Shown here piece by piece: positions 38,654 through 51,823 of a stretch of DNA of 64,000 nucleotides. Both the position numbers and the translations under genes were made by a program. Numbering within the stretch: position 1 is the first letter of the stretch; each line of letters begins with the position of its first letter. The notes under the pieces are model-generated. The model did no database searches and was not told where the DNA came from. It saw only the letters and a list, made by a program, of their open reading frames with translations. Where the stretch lies: positions 68,510,001 to 68,574,000 of the forward strand of contig NC_042998.1 in NCBI RefSeq assembly GCF_006345805.1, given 5' to 3'. The stretch is from Octopus sinensis (taxonomy: Eukaryota).

Positions 38654-38882
38654 TCTTTACTCTATTACTTGTTTCAGTCATTTGACTGCGGCCATGCTGG
38701 AGCACCGCCTTTAATCGGGACTTATTCTTTTGTAATCCCAGTACTTATTCTATCGGTATCTTTTACCGAACCACTAAGTAACGGGGACATAAACACACCA
38801 CCATCGGTTGTCAAGCAATGCTAGGGGACAAATACAGACACACAAACACACACACGCATATATATATATATATTATATATAT

Positions 38883-38928
<46 letters not shown>

Positions 38929-39599
38929 TACGACGGGCTTCTTTCAGTTTCCGTCTACCAAATCCACTCACAAGGCTTTGGTCGGCCCGAGGCTATAGTA
39001 GAAGACACCTGCCCAAGGTGCTACGCAATGGGACTGAACCCGGAGCCATGTGGTTGGTAGACAAGCTACTTACCACACAGCCACTCCTGCGCCTATACAT
39101 ATAATATATATATATAAATAAATAAATAAATAAATAAATATATATATATATTGTTCGAAGATACATCTCGCTGATTCTATGGGATACATCCTCACTGATG
39201 TTTGTAGGGCTTTCAACATCGTCTCCCTTCCTCCACCTTCGCCCCGCTTAATCCCTATAGCAGTAACGAACCAAATCTACCCTCTTTTATCAAAAGCCAC
39301 CAAGCGGTTCTCTGCAACCTCAGGAATCCTCTTTGCTGCTCCAGTCACTCCATTTAATCATGTAATTTTAGAAATGCGAGAGAAACATTCTTCCTTTTCA
39401 TCTGTCAAACTTTCTTTCACACTTATTTTACATCGTCTCCAATTCCTTCCTTCCTTCCTTCTTTCTTTATTCTCCCACACTGTTTTTCTATGCATGAACT
39501 CACTAGTAAATTGTTTGCTTTATAACAGAATGATGCTTCTTACGTTTCTCGTTGTTTCCAACGAGTTTTAACATCCAGTCGTTACATGTTTCAAGATAT

Positions 39600-40290
39600 T
39601 TTGCCAGTCCAATTGCAGTGGCTTTGTCACAGATTTCAAATTAGATCGACCTCAATAGGTTCTGGTCAGGTAAAGACGATCTGCATCTGCCTATGGGTGA
39701 TGCAACTTATTACAAGTCAGCATCTTACGGATTCTTCTCTCAATCTTCCTTATTTCGTTCATATTCCAGTTCAACACATTGAAATTGTAAATAACAACTG
39801 CAACTGCTAAAGAATTTATAGCTAACACCTTGTTACGTGCATTCAAATAGGATTTTAGGACTGCTCATACTTGCGTGCTGAATGCCAGAGCCCTCACTTA
39901 TTCCGTTATATTTCTAAGTTTGTTCCTGCTCGAGTTCTTTTATCATTGTGTCAGCATCTAACACCACTGAATGTAAGGTCTTCAATTTACCTTTCTGGAA
40001 AGTAGCCTTGGCACACTTATCACGACCAAATTCCATCCCGATGTCATCACTGAATGCTTTCATAGTACGTAATAGTCCTTCAAGTTTATTATCGACTTTG
40101 CCATAGTCACCCATATAAAATAGATGACTTATTTTCTCGTCGCCAATTTTATACCCATACGCTTTTCTGTTAAGTTCACTTGTAAAGGGCATTAGGGCTA
40201 TGCAAAAAATTAGAAGAGAAAATGAGTCACCTTGGAAAATGCTGCAGTTGATATTAATATTGTTTATGGTCAATACTCCATTAGAAGGGT
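39600..40290 (-). mobile_element. R4/Dong-like non-LTR retrotransposon RT remnant
   Basis: IFQGDSFSLLIFCIAL...HLFYM...FSDDIGMEFGRDKC, then NWNMNEI...HHP...DRLYL; abuts a (TTA)n tract. Confidence 0.75.
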
Positions 40291-40300
40291 ATTGTTGTTG

Positions 40301-40356
<56 letters not shown>

Positions 40357-40856
40357 CTAAGCCCAAATCATCGTAGCATCCATATACACTTCAATTCGCT
40401 CATGAACTCGGAAAAGTCTGTTGTTTTTTTTTCATATTTTTAGGTCTCTACTTCAGTGTTCTTTTATACAGTTTGACTCGTGTATCCCTAACTTTAATTA
40501 GGTTTTCAACCAACACCTTTGAAATACCTTTCTATTCATTTAAATCTACTTTTCATCTCGTATAAGTCTGTCCCTTGGCTACTAAACATAAAGTCGGACA
40601 AATGTCATACTGGCAAAGGCTTTTGAGCGAAAAACAGGAGTCCACAACTGTCCTCTTATCTCTAGATAATAAGACTGTCTGTTTTCTTGGTGGCATGTCC
40701 GTTTTGGAGAGTTATTGAATCTTAATATTATCTCCCCTTCTCAAGTGGAGGTGGTCATAATTGTCATTTGGTAATTATGACACATCATCTATTAATAAAT
40801 CAAGAATTCAGTTTGTATGGTATTTCATATAGCTGTATTTGTCTATGTTGCTCAAA

Positions 40857-41604
40857 TATGAGGTGTAATCAAAAAGTATCGGGACTGTTGTTATGGTAAC
40901 AGAGCTACAGAACACAGAGTGAAGCCACTTGACACAGATTGACCTTGAACTCTGTCACACATGCACACTATGTTATAACGTTTTCGCCCATTTTTGGTGA
41001 TCATAGCAGTGTTTGGAAGTAAAGCGTGTAGAGTATGGTCTTCTCGTAAAGAAGATCAGGTTTCAGTTGTGCAGGATCTCCCCGTGTCAAGGAAGACGAA
41101 AAAATTTTGAAACGGTCATAACAGTTGATAAATCGTGGTTCTATGGCTATGATTCCAAAGCCAAAGGCTCAGTCTTCACAGTGGAAGACCCCCAACAAAA
41201 TTTTAAGATCTTAGGAATGAAAACCCAGATTCGAAATTTCCCCAAGGCACCCGATGAAAGCTGGAGGGTATATCAGCCGAAATGTTGTGTTTAACAACAA
41301 ACAAGACGAGGACAAATATCCGTCAAATGTAAATAATGTAAATAACGTACATAATTCCTCATCTCTTAAATATAGAACTGTAAGATTTTAAGACGACGAG
41401 GAAATCGAAGAAAATGCGACGAGGCAGCAGCTCTCTATCCCAATAAAGGAGTTCCAGGAATGATTCCATCAATGGCAACGATGCTGGATAAAGTGCTCGG
41501 CTTCAGAAAGGGACTACTTCGGAGGAGATTAAATGTCAAATTCATATGTGTCATAGTTTTCTTTTTATATCACCTATTCCAATACTTTTTGATCAGATCT
41601 CGTA
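40857..41604 (+). mobile_element. Deleted mariner element, interrupted by a Penelope-type SINE tail (~41200-41385)
   Basis: Imperfect TIRs TA-TGAGGTGTAATCAAAAAGTATCGG and CCAATACTTTTTGATCAGATCTCG-TA; ITVDKSWFYGYD (first catalytic Asp region) and EEIEENATRQ...IP...FQE...WQRCW C-terminal remnant. Confidence 0.8.
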
Positions 41605-42156
41605 CATTCCACTGGCCATTTTCAGTTATTTTTCTCAGCTCATTTTTGTTTGAATATTTGACTCCGACGAGAATTTCGAAGTTTTAACTTCCACATTTTC
41701 AGTAAAATCTAAAAGCTGTCAACCGACAAACAAAGTTATCCCCCTTCGTCACTAATTAATAATTCGCTCTCTTCAATATAACAATCTGTGACGGACTGGC
41801 TGATGCATTGCGTCCTTAGCAAGACTCTTCATTACACTGTTGCGTAAGTCTACTCAGCTGAAACAGCTACCAGCCGAGCACTGAAGAAGTTCTGTCTGTC
41901 TGTCTGTGTCTCTTTCTCTCTTTCTCTTTCTCTGTCTCTATCTCGTTTTTCAGCTGCCATAGTCTGGATGTTCGAGATGGAAATGGGATGGGTGTCTTTG
42001 TCTGTTAATGATTGTATAGGCACTCGATATAATTAACGATAGCACGATACATATAATCAAATCTCGCTCGCTTGCAAGTGACGGCTATGTATGCATGTTT
42101 GTGTGAATGTCAGTATGTACGTATGTACACACATACGCACGCACACACACACACAC

Positions 42157-42213
<57 letters not shown>

Positions 42214-42596
42214 TGTCAGCGCGTAAGGTAAGACATATCTAGGATAAGACAAATAGTCTTATCTTAGATATTAAGGATAACAGCTGTCAGTAATGCTCGT
42301 GTTAAAATGTGAAGTCAATAACAGCTTACACAACGCCACTAAGACTCTCACCACCACCACCACTTACAGAGCCAAGTCGCTCAGAAAGAAGAGAAAGATC
42401 TCCGATTTCGCAACGAAACGTATGTTATTTCGGAATTTTTTTTCCTTCTCGAGAGATGGGTCTCTCACTCGCAGCTGTTGGATGGCCGTTGACTCTTATG
42501 AATTCATCTGCCCTTTGACAGGTTTTGTTCCTTGTGAGTCCCACTAAATGCATGCATGCATACATACATACATACATACATACATACATACATACA

Positions 42597-42627
<31 letters not shown>

Positions 42628-45600
42628 TGTGAGTTTATTACAAATTCTATGAAGAGATTTTATCTCAGATAAGAAGCACAGCGTCATGACGTTCTAAGGA
42701 GTTTATTTATACATCCAGTATGGTCTACAGATGGTTATGTTAATTTAATGTTGTTCCAATTACGCACATAGCCTTGCCAATTTCAGACACAGGTTGTTGT
42801 GTACAAGTTTCTAGTTGCTCCATTGTACTATTTAAACTGGTCTCCGCCCCCAAGCAAATCATATCCTCTCCTTGCACTTTCATTTTACTTTTTTAGAATC
42901 AGTGAACCACCATGAGGAGATAAGTAATATCTAGTGTCGCTAACTTCTCAATTCTATTTGGCTTAGACTTATGGTGGCCCATTGCATCTAATAATTTCTC
43001 CACACAAAATGGTATGATTCTGGTAGTGTCTCGTTGTCTTCTTCGTTTTCTTTTTTCTCTCACCACCACTACCGCTTGACAACCAGTGTTGGTTTGTTTA
43101 CGTCTTCTTCACGTAGCTGTTCGGCATAAAGAAACCGATAGTGCAAGTACCAGGCTTTAAGAAGAAATACGTACTAGGCTCGATCTATTGGGCTAAGCTC
43201 TCAGAAGTGGAGCCCCAGCATGGCCGCAGTCCAGTGACTGAAACAAGCAAAGGACAAAATATAAATAAATGGACTCAAAAATTCTTTTCTACTCTAGGCA
43301 TAAGGCCTAAAGTTTGGGGAGAGGGGTCCAGTCGATTAGATCGAACCCAGTAACCAACTGGTACTTAATTTATTGACCCCGAAAGGATGAAAGGAAAAGT
43401 CGGCCTCGGTGGAATTCGAACTCAGAACGTAAAGATAGACGAAATACTTATTTCTTTACTACCCACAAGGGGATAAACACAAAGAGGACAAACAAGGACA
43501 GACAAACGGATTAAGTCGATTATATCGCCCCCAGTGCATAACTGGTACTTAATTTATCGACCCTGAAAGGATGAAAGGCAAAGTCGACCTCGGCGGAATT
43601 TGAACTCAGAACGTAACGACAGACGAAATACCGTTAAGCATTTCGCCCAGCGTGCTAATGTTTCTGCCAGCTCAGCGCCTTAATGAACTCAAACGTTAGA
43701 GCTGCTTGAATATTGTCCCTTTCCTCGAAAACAAGGGTTCGTGTCCCCCCCTCTTCGTACAGCTGACCATTGTCCACTCAGGTTGAAATCTTAATTGAGG
43801 TCGATCCTTTCGCATCCAGATTATTCTGTCAAATATAATGCTTATTAATTCATATTGTTTCGGATTACTCATGTATTATCCATTAGCTTTGAGATCTTGA
43901 TGACGTAATTGTTTATTTTTAGAATGGCATTGTAGGGTAGGTGTGATGAGGCAAATCTGGTCAGTTTGAACATAAAACAGGTTTAATACTTTGACCAGAT
44001 ATGGCTGGCTTAAATGCTAAACGGCTAAGTTTTTGGTTTGAGCCAGTAGCGTGCTCCGTTGAAAGCCTCTTACTAACGACGCTATTGTTCACTTATTGCT
44101 ATATTAGATCATTTTCATAGAAAAATAGTCACATATCGACATCGCTGCTGCTGCTGCTATTAACGTTATCATTGTTATTCTTGTTAACGCTATTATGTTG
44201 TTGTTGTTGTTCGACTCCACCAATCTAGATTGACTAAACTTCTGGCAAACGATGCTCTAGCCATGACTATCCAGTCTGTATCTAAAAAGACAACAGTGTA
44301 TCTTAATTTATAACATTTGCTTGAAGGTAGATTTGGTTTCTATTTCTAGCAGAACAAACAACTAGGTAAAGGTCTTTTTATATGATGAAGTCACGTCGTT
44401 ATTGTTGCTGTTGGTTAGCCCTTTAGCCATGGGCTAAACAACAACCTATGATTAGCCAATGATTCTACAGACCTATTATCCAACGCTTTCCAGTCGTGAC
44501 TATCACATCTTATTTTTCAACGACATTGAGGTTTCAGTGTGATTTGAGTGAAATTTAGCCGCTATTTCCCATCAGATAGAGCAACCACGTAGTGATTCCC
44601 TAATTACAGGTAGATAGGAGGAAGCGTGTGTTCGAGACACTTCTATATTACAGATGTATTATTGACAGAGTCGTTGGAGGGTAGAATTGAATATACCTGG
44701 CGGTATTTGTTCCTACTTTCTGTGATGTGAGTTCAGACTTCACTGAGGTCAGTAGCACAGAATTAATATACACTCGTTAAGATGAAGTGTATATTAACGC
44801 AGCCTTTATATATACCTGTGAAGTTGATGCGTATCACGCACCTGGAATATACACCTGTTACCATGAAGTGATTAACACACCTTCAATATACACTCCCAAT
44901 GTATATTAACATATCTAAGAAGTGTATTAACACACCCTGATTATACACCTGCAAAGAAGTGTTTATTAACACACCTTTAATATACAGGCGTGGCTGTGTG
45001 GTATGAAGTTTGCTTCCCAACCACATGGTTCCCGGTTCAGTCCCACTGCATGACACTTTGGGTGTCTTGTTATAGCCTCGAACCAACCAAAGCCTTGTAA
45101 GTGGATTTCGTAGACGGAAACTAAAAGAAGCCTGTTGTATATCAACATATATACTTAAAAGTGTGTGAGTGTGTGTCTTTGTGTCTGTATTCCCCCTCCC
45201 CAGCTGACAAGCGGTATTAATGTGTTTAGGTCCCTGTAACTTAGCAGTTTGGCAAAAGAGACCGAAAGAACCAGGCTTTAAAAAAAGTGCTGAGGTCGAT
45301 TCATTCAACTAAAAATTCAATTGACTGAAGCAATTAAAAGATAAAAGATACCTTCATAAAGAAAAGAAGAGTGAGAGAAAGTTGTGGTGAAAAAGTACAG
45401 CGGGGTTCACCCCACCCCACGCCGAAGCCTCGTGGAGCTTAGGTGTTTTTGCTCAATAAACACTCACAATGCCCGGTCTGGGATCGAAACCACGGTCTTA
45501 CGACCGCGAGTCCACTGTCCTAACCACTGGGACATTGCGCCTCCACAGCTGCTGCTGTTGTAGTTATTGCTACTGTTAAGTCAACCCTGATTTATCATCC

Positions 45601-45643
45601 GATGATCAAAGAAAGATGTTCCAGCCATCAATGGCCTTTATTA

Positions 45644-45707
<64 letters not shown>

Positions 45708-45769
45708 CAAGGATTATATTGCTTGGATTTGGTTTGCAAGATTCTTTATGTGAGTTCGTGTGTTGAAGC

Positions 45770-46036
45770 ATATTCTGTTGTGTCTGGGGAGATAATTCTC
45801 TTTTGGTGCCTTATAATTTAACACACACACCGGTAAAATTTTCACTCATTTCATCCTTTATTTTTCTAAAATTTTCGTTGAGTCTTGCAACCTTTTCAAC
45901 GACTATTGTAAAGGTTGCAAGACGCAACGAAAATTTTAGAAAAATAAATAAGTAAATGAGTGGAAATTTTACCGGTGAGTGTGTTAAATAATAAGGCACC
46001 AAAAGAGAATGACTCTCCGCAGATACAACAGAATAT
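45770..46036. repeat. Foldback element (about 127-bp arms)
   Basis: 45770-45896 is the reverse complement of 45909-46036; related sequence lies at 28960-29170. Confidence 0.75.
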
Positions 46037-46139
46037 TGTTTAATATTTCCTTCTTTGTATATGGTAACATGTAACAGGAAAGGTATTTTGACTGCTATTT
46101 CTACCAGGTCAAGAGACCACAAAATGTCTCCCCCATTTG

Positions 46140-46400
46140 CTGAACCAATATTTGGGCTATTTGACCATAACATATGGTTACACTATGACCTCTATATGTG
46201 GCGTTCCAGTCACTTAATCTCTACATGTAAATACAATCTTGTTATTTGGCCTCTACATCTGGTTACATTCCAGCTATTTGATCTCTAAATGTGAATACAT
46301 TCTTGTTATTTGACATCTACATGTGGTTACATTCCAGCCATTTGATCTCTACATGTGAATACAATCTTGTTATTTGACCTCTACATGTGGTCATATCTTG
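46140..46400. repeat. Tandem repeat with a 64-bp period built from two ~32-bp subunits
   Basis: GTTATTTG recurs at 46241, 46305 and 46369. Confidence 0.75.
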
Positions 46401-46619
46401 ACTAAGCAATTTCAGTTGTTGTTGTTGTTGTTTCCAGGTGAGATAACTTTTGTAATACAAAAGAAAATTACATAGTTATCTCCCTTTACTATAATTTAGT
46501 CTATCAATGAGAGATGGTTACGTTGATATGCTTGTCTCTCCCGTTTTATGTTATTTGGCGACTTAAATATTAAATTTCTGAGGTCAGAATCGTTTTTTCT
46601 TTTCTGTTTTCAATTTTCT

Positions 46620-47190
46620 TTTGCGTAGGTGTGTAATAAAATTAAAAATTGAATCACTCCAGAGGACATTCACTAAACGAATTAAGGGCCTGACTGATTT
46701 CGATTACTGGGACCGCCTTAAAGCCTTGAAACTCTACTCTCTCCAGCGCCGCCGCGAGCGGTACATCAATTGCATGATGTGGAGAATATACCGCCAGCAT
46801 TGCCCAAACGATCTGAACATTAGCTTCGAGGTTCACTCAAGACTGGGACCACGGGCTATACGTCCCCTGCCTAATTCAGGATCACAACATATATGTAGAC
46901 TGCGACATAATTTCTTTTCCTCAACAGGACCTGCTCTGTTTAACATTGTCCCGAAAGAGATCAAAGAAGAAAAGGATCCCATCACCTTTAAACGGATTCT
47001 GGACAAATTTCTTCGAGGAATACCAGATAAGCCACCCATACCTGGATACAACTCACTCAACAAGAACTCCCTATTCGAATGGACCATGATACCACAAAAC
47101 TTGACTTTAAAAGTATTTAGATAATCCATTCAGGTGGTGTTATTAACTTAGACATGGCCTGGACCAATCTTTAGTCGAAACATATCTAAG
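46620..47190 (+). mobile_element. CR1/L2-type LINE 3' fragment
   Basis: KIESLQRTFTKRIKGLTDFDYWDRLKALKLYSLQRRRERY is the typical CR1-type post-RT motif. Confidence 0.8.
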
Positions 47191-48142
47191 CTTTATTTAA
47201 TTGTAAAATTTATGCCTTAAAATAGTTACGATACCTCAATACCCAAATATCAAATTTGATATTTAATGAATTTAATGCATACGTTGCTTGTCAGATAAAG
47301 GTTAAAAGAAGGGACAAAAAGCAGCAGTAAGTTGTGATGATGATGATGATGATGATGATGTCTTAAGTCGGTGTGTGCATGTGTTTGTGTTTGTGTGTGT
47401 GTATGTGTACGCGTACGTGCATGTATATATGTATGCTGTATGTATATGGATCAATGAGCCTTCTCAGGTTGTATAGAGATTGCTGGAGAAGGTTCATATA
47501 CAGAGGACCTACTCAAGGGCAGATCCCACGCTAGACAAGATATCTATATGTGGGTACACACACATACACACACACACACTCAAACAAACAAATGGGCGTC
47601 AGCTTGTGTACACACACGCACATACACACATACATAATACATGTATGCATACATACATACATACATACATACATACATACATACATACATACATACATAC
47701 ATACATACATGATATATATATATATATGGAGAGAGAGAGAGAGAGAGAGAGAGACATTCATAAAAATCAAACAAGTCCGAAGTACTTTATATAAAATTAA
47801 CTCAAAACTTATTTACTTTATTTGTCTATTAATATCAAAAGAGCCCCGATGTTGTACTCTCTGTTCAAGAGTATCAACCAGTTATTGTCTCTTCTTACAC
47901 GTCACAGTCGTCTGCATCCATCCATTCGTCTCAAATTAATCATTCCATGTGACTTTTTCAATAACAACCAAAATAACGACATAGCTGTTTTCTTTTCTGG
48001 TTCACCGTCTGACGAAAGAATACACAAGCCCTTCTACCAACTAATTTTAACCATACTAACCCCTTTTGCATGTTTATTCTTCGCCATTTAACGCGGTCGC
48101 TTTCATCTCTGATGTTTAACGAATTCTCTATTTTCGTTTCAG

Positions 48143-48290
48143 ATTGCTCAGATGCTTTTAAAAAGGACCACAAGAAACCTGGAGTCTATTTAATTCATCC
48201 TGTTGGATCACCATACAAAGTTCATTTGCTTTGTGTTGACGGCTGGACTGTCATACAAAGACGTTTCGATGGATCAGAAAATTTCCACAG
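48143..48290 (+). CDS. Fibrinogen C-terminal (FBG/FReD) domain, first (constant) exon
   Basis: Pyrimidine tract + TTTCAG acceptor (phase 1); (D)CSDAFKKDHKKPGVYLIHP...LCVDGWTVIQRRFDGSENFH(R); donor AG|GTAAGA (phase 2). Confidence 0.92.
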
Positions 48291-48483
48291 GTAAGAGCTG
48301 TAACAGTTAGCATATAATTTATAGTCGCAGGAGTGGATGTGTGGCAAGAAGCTTGCTTCCCAACCGCAAGGTTCCGGGTTCAGTCCCACTGCGTGGCATA
48401 TTGGGCACGTGCCTTCTATTATAGCCTCAAACCGACCAAAGCCTTGTTAGTGGATTTCGTAGATGGAAGCTGAAAGAAGCTCG

Positions 48484-48524
<41 letters not shown>

Positions 48525-50050
48525 TGTGTGTGTGAGTGTGTGTGTGTGTGTGTGTATGCGTGCGCGCGCACTCGCGTGTTTGTGCGTTTACCCCCACCAT
48601 CGCTTGACTGCTAGTGTTTATGTGTTTACGTCCCTGTAACTTAGCGGTTCGGCAAAAATAACTGATAGAATAAGTACTAGGCTTACAAAGAATAAGTCTT
48701 GGGGTTAATTTGTTCTGCTAAAGGTGGTGCTCCAGCATGGCCACGGTCAAATGGCTGAAACAAGTAAAAGAATAAAAGAATAAAACAATGATGTACACAG
48801 ATCTACAATGGTCAATGTACATCACATTGGTATACGTAACATCTGTAATGGCTTATGTGGCCTAGTGGTTAGGGCGTTGTACTCTCGCTTGGGTCAGGGT
48901 TAGATCGTAGTTTCGATTCGCGGACCTGGCGGCGCGCTGTGTTCTTGAGCAAAACATTTCTTTTCGCGTTACTTCGCGATCATTTCGACACATGATACGT
49001 GACATACTTCTGCATCTGTACAAGTAATGTCAATTTGGTAGAGAGAGTGAGCTAATGCACTGCACAAAAATTGGATCACTATAAACAAATCATCTGTGCA
49101 AGTTGCCCAGCAAAAACTGAACATTCACATGTCGTCTTCAACGAGAGATTCCGTATAATAGTTTACTTAAGATCTACGATGGTTTATATAAAATCAACGG
49201 GTGGTTTATGTAAAATCTATAATGTTTTATGTCTGTGTAAGATCTGTAACGGTGAACGTATTTATGGTTTTACTGAAAAGCCAGTGCCTGTAACCTCCAC
49301 GGGTTCCTTTGTTCAGCTCCAACTTCTATAAATCCAAGTCTGTAGGATAAAACTTGGGCATGGAGGGAATTCCTGCTGATACTCTGTCACAGAAGTGTAG
49401 TGGTGATTCAAAACCAAACCGCTAAGTAGACGATCATGCTTCCCGATCAAACAACAGTAGTTTCCCGTGATCGGTCTTTTAAGCAACTAATCGCGTGATT
49501 CAATTTTCTAGAACTTTTTTCTTGTACCCTATAAAAAGGCCGCTTTCGGCGTAAATTGTAAAATGTAGGGGCAGCTGCACGTTGTGTCCCCATTCTCGTC
49601 AATGAGAATAGCAGATAGCAGATAGTCGACAGAAATCTCTGTTATCATGAATATAGCACAATAGTTTCCAGTAAGCTTGTCAGAAATTCAAAACAGTATA
49701 TTTCCTAGAAGGAAATTATTGCTGTTATTATTTGTAAAAGACCAAAAAATTTTCCATTAAATGTTCTACTCACCATCATTATAGCAAACACACTCGTCAC
49801 ATAAGTATTAAACATGAAGGGGTACAGTGTGGCCTAAAGTTGGGACTAGGTTTGACGGTAAACAAGAGTTGTGTGTGCTGTTGAGTGGAGTCGGCCTGGT
49901 TGGAGGTAGTAGACAACTAATTAGTCTAATTTGTGTTTTTTTTTTGCTTAATAACGGTGGAACTTGCAGCGCCCATGACTTCTATCTATATTTCAGAACA
50001 TACGAGGTTAGTGAGAGGAAGGGTGGAAATTATTCTGAAGCCGAAGGGAT

Positions 50051-50429
50051 GGCTCAAATGCTTGTAACCGGCTCAAAAGCTTGTAACCGTCTCAAATGCT
50101 TGTAACCAGCTCAAATGCTTGTAACCGATTCAAATGATTGTAACCGGCTCAAATGCTTGTAACTGGTTCAAATGCTTGTAACTGGTTCAAATGCTTGTAA
50201 TCGGCTCAAATGCTTGTAACCGGTTCAAATGCTTGTAACCGGCTCAAATGCTTGTAACCGGTTCAAAAGCTTGTAACTGGCTCAAATGCTTGTAACCGGC
50301 TCAAATGCGTGTAACCGGCTCAAATGCTTGTAACTGGCTCAAATGCTTGTAACCGGTTCAAAAGCTTGTAACCGTCTCAAATGCTAGTAACCGGTTAAAA
50401 TGTATGTAATTGGCTCAAATACCTCTAAG
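50051..50429. repeat. 19-bp minisatellite array 1
   Basis: About 20 copies of GGCTCAAATGCTTGTAACC. Confidence 0.9.
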
Positions 50430-50838
50430 CGCTGCAAAATCACCCAGAGTACGGATTGTGTTATCCCTAAGTGTATATGCATGTGACCGGGGACCACATG
50501 TGAACTTGTATTCCTACTGAACCTCCAAACATGAACTCTACGCCTCAGCAACACAATACGCTTCACATCGTTTTAGCTTTCGAATGATGCCACCCGCCGC
50601 TGGTTACACGAGTAGGCCAATATCTACCTCTGATCGGAAGGGTAGTCCGTCACAGGGTTCCTCGTTTACAGCTGAGTGGACTGGAGCAACATGAAATGAA
50701 GTGTTTTGCTCAAGAACACAATGCGCTGCCCTGTCCTGGAATCGAAACCACGATCTAATGATCTTGAGTGCAGTGCTCTAACCACTAGGCTACGTAACTT
50801 CATATATACATATATGAATGTACATGCATATGTATCTA

Positions 50839-50902
<64 letters not shown>

Positions 50903-51270
50903 ATCCAAGCCTGAAAACAAACAACGCGAGGACGTGGAACAAGTATACCGCCCAGGAAAGGAAAGAAAAAAGGAGGAAATAACGTTTCGAGCGGAGTTAT
51001 AGGAAAAGGAAAGATCCAAGGAAGGAAAGACGGAGAAAAAAATGGCCAACGATACACACGCGGTCACATATTGAATAATTATATATATATATAATTGGTG
51101 TATATGGATATTTCAGGAGTTCTTGCTCATTCTTCAGTATCACATCCAACCCATTAACTATCCAAGAACACATGGCTTAAATAGCCAGTAAATTTAGCAG
51201 TAGATATAAATTATATAAATTATACGTAGCTGACATGAATATATGAAACTATCTGCCACTTAAGTTTCAT

Positions 51271-51823
51271 AACCGGCTCAAATGCTTGTAACCAGCTCAA
51301 ATGCTTGTAACTGGTGCAAATGCTTCTAACTGACTCAAATGCTTGTAGCTGGCTCAAATGCTTGTAACCGGCTCAAATGCTTGTAACCGGCTCAAATACT
51401 TTTAACTGGCTCAAATGCTTGTAACCGGCTCAAATGCTTGTAACCGGCTCAAATGCTTGTAACCGGCTCAAGTGCTTGTAACTGGCTCAAATACTTCTAA
51501 CTGGCTCAAATGCTCGTAACCGACTCAAATGCTTGTAACCGTCTGAAATGCTTCTAACCGGCTCAAATGTATGTAACCGTCTCAAATGCTAGTAACCGTC
51601 TCAAATGCTTGTAACCGTCTCAGATGCTTGTGACCGGGTCAAATGCTTGTAACCGGCTCAAATGCTTGTAACCGTCTCAATTGCTTGCAACCGGCTCAAA
51701 TGCTTGTAACTGGCTCAAATGATTGTAATCGTCTCAAATGCTTGTAACTGGCTTAAATGCTTGTAACCAGCTCAAATGCTTGTAACCGGCTCAAATGTAT
51801 GTAACCGGCTCAAATGCTTGTAA
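51271..51823. repeat. 19-bp minisatellite array 2
   Basis: About 29 copies of the same unit, with the same GCGCTGCAAAAT-ACC flank as array 1. Confidence 0.9.

Noticed and set aside
42293-42547. ORF as a fourth variable exon
   Set aside because: A phase-1 donor exists at 42534, but there is no signal peptide, no shared motif and no coding-like composition; kept only as a low-priority check
50051-51823. Regular short repeats resembling a CRISPR array
   Set aside because: Units are contiguous 19-mers with no unique spacers, and the context is eukaryotic with no cas genes
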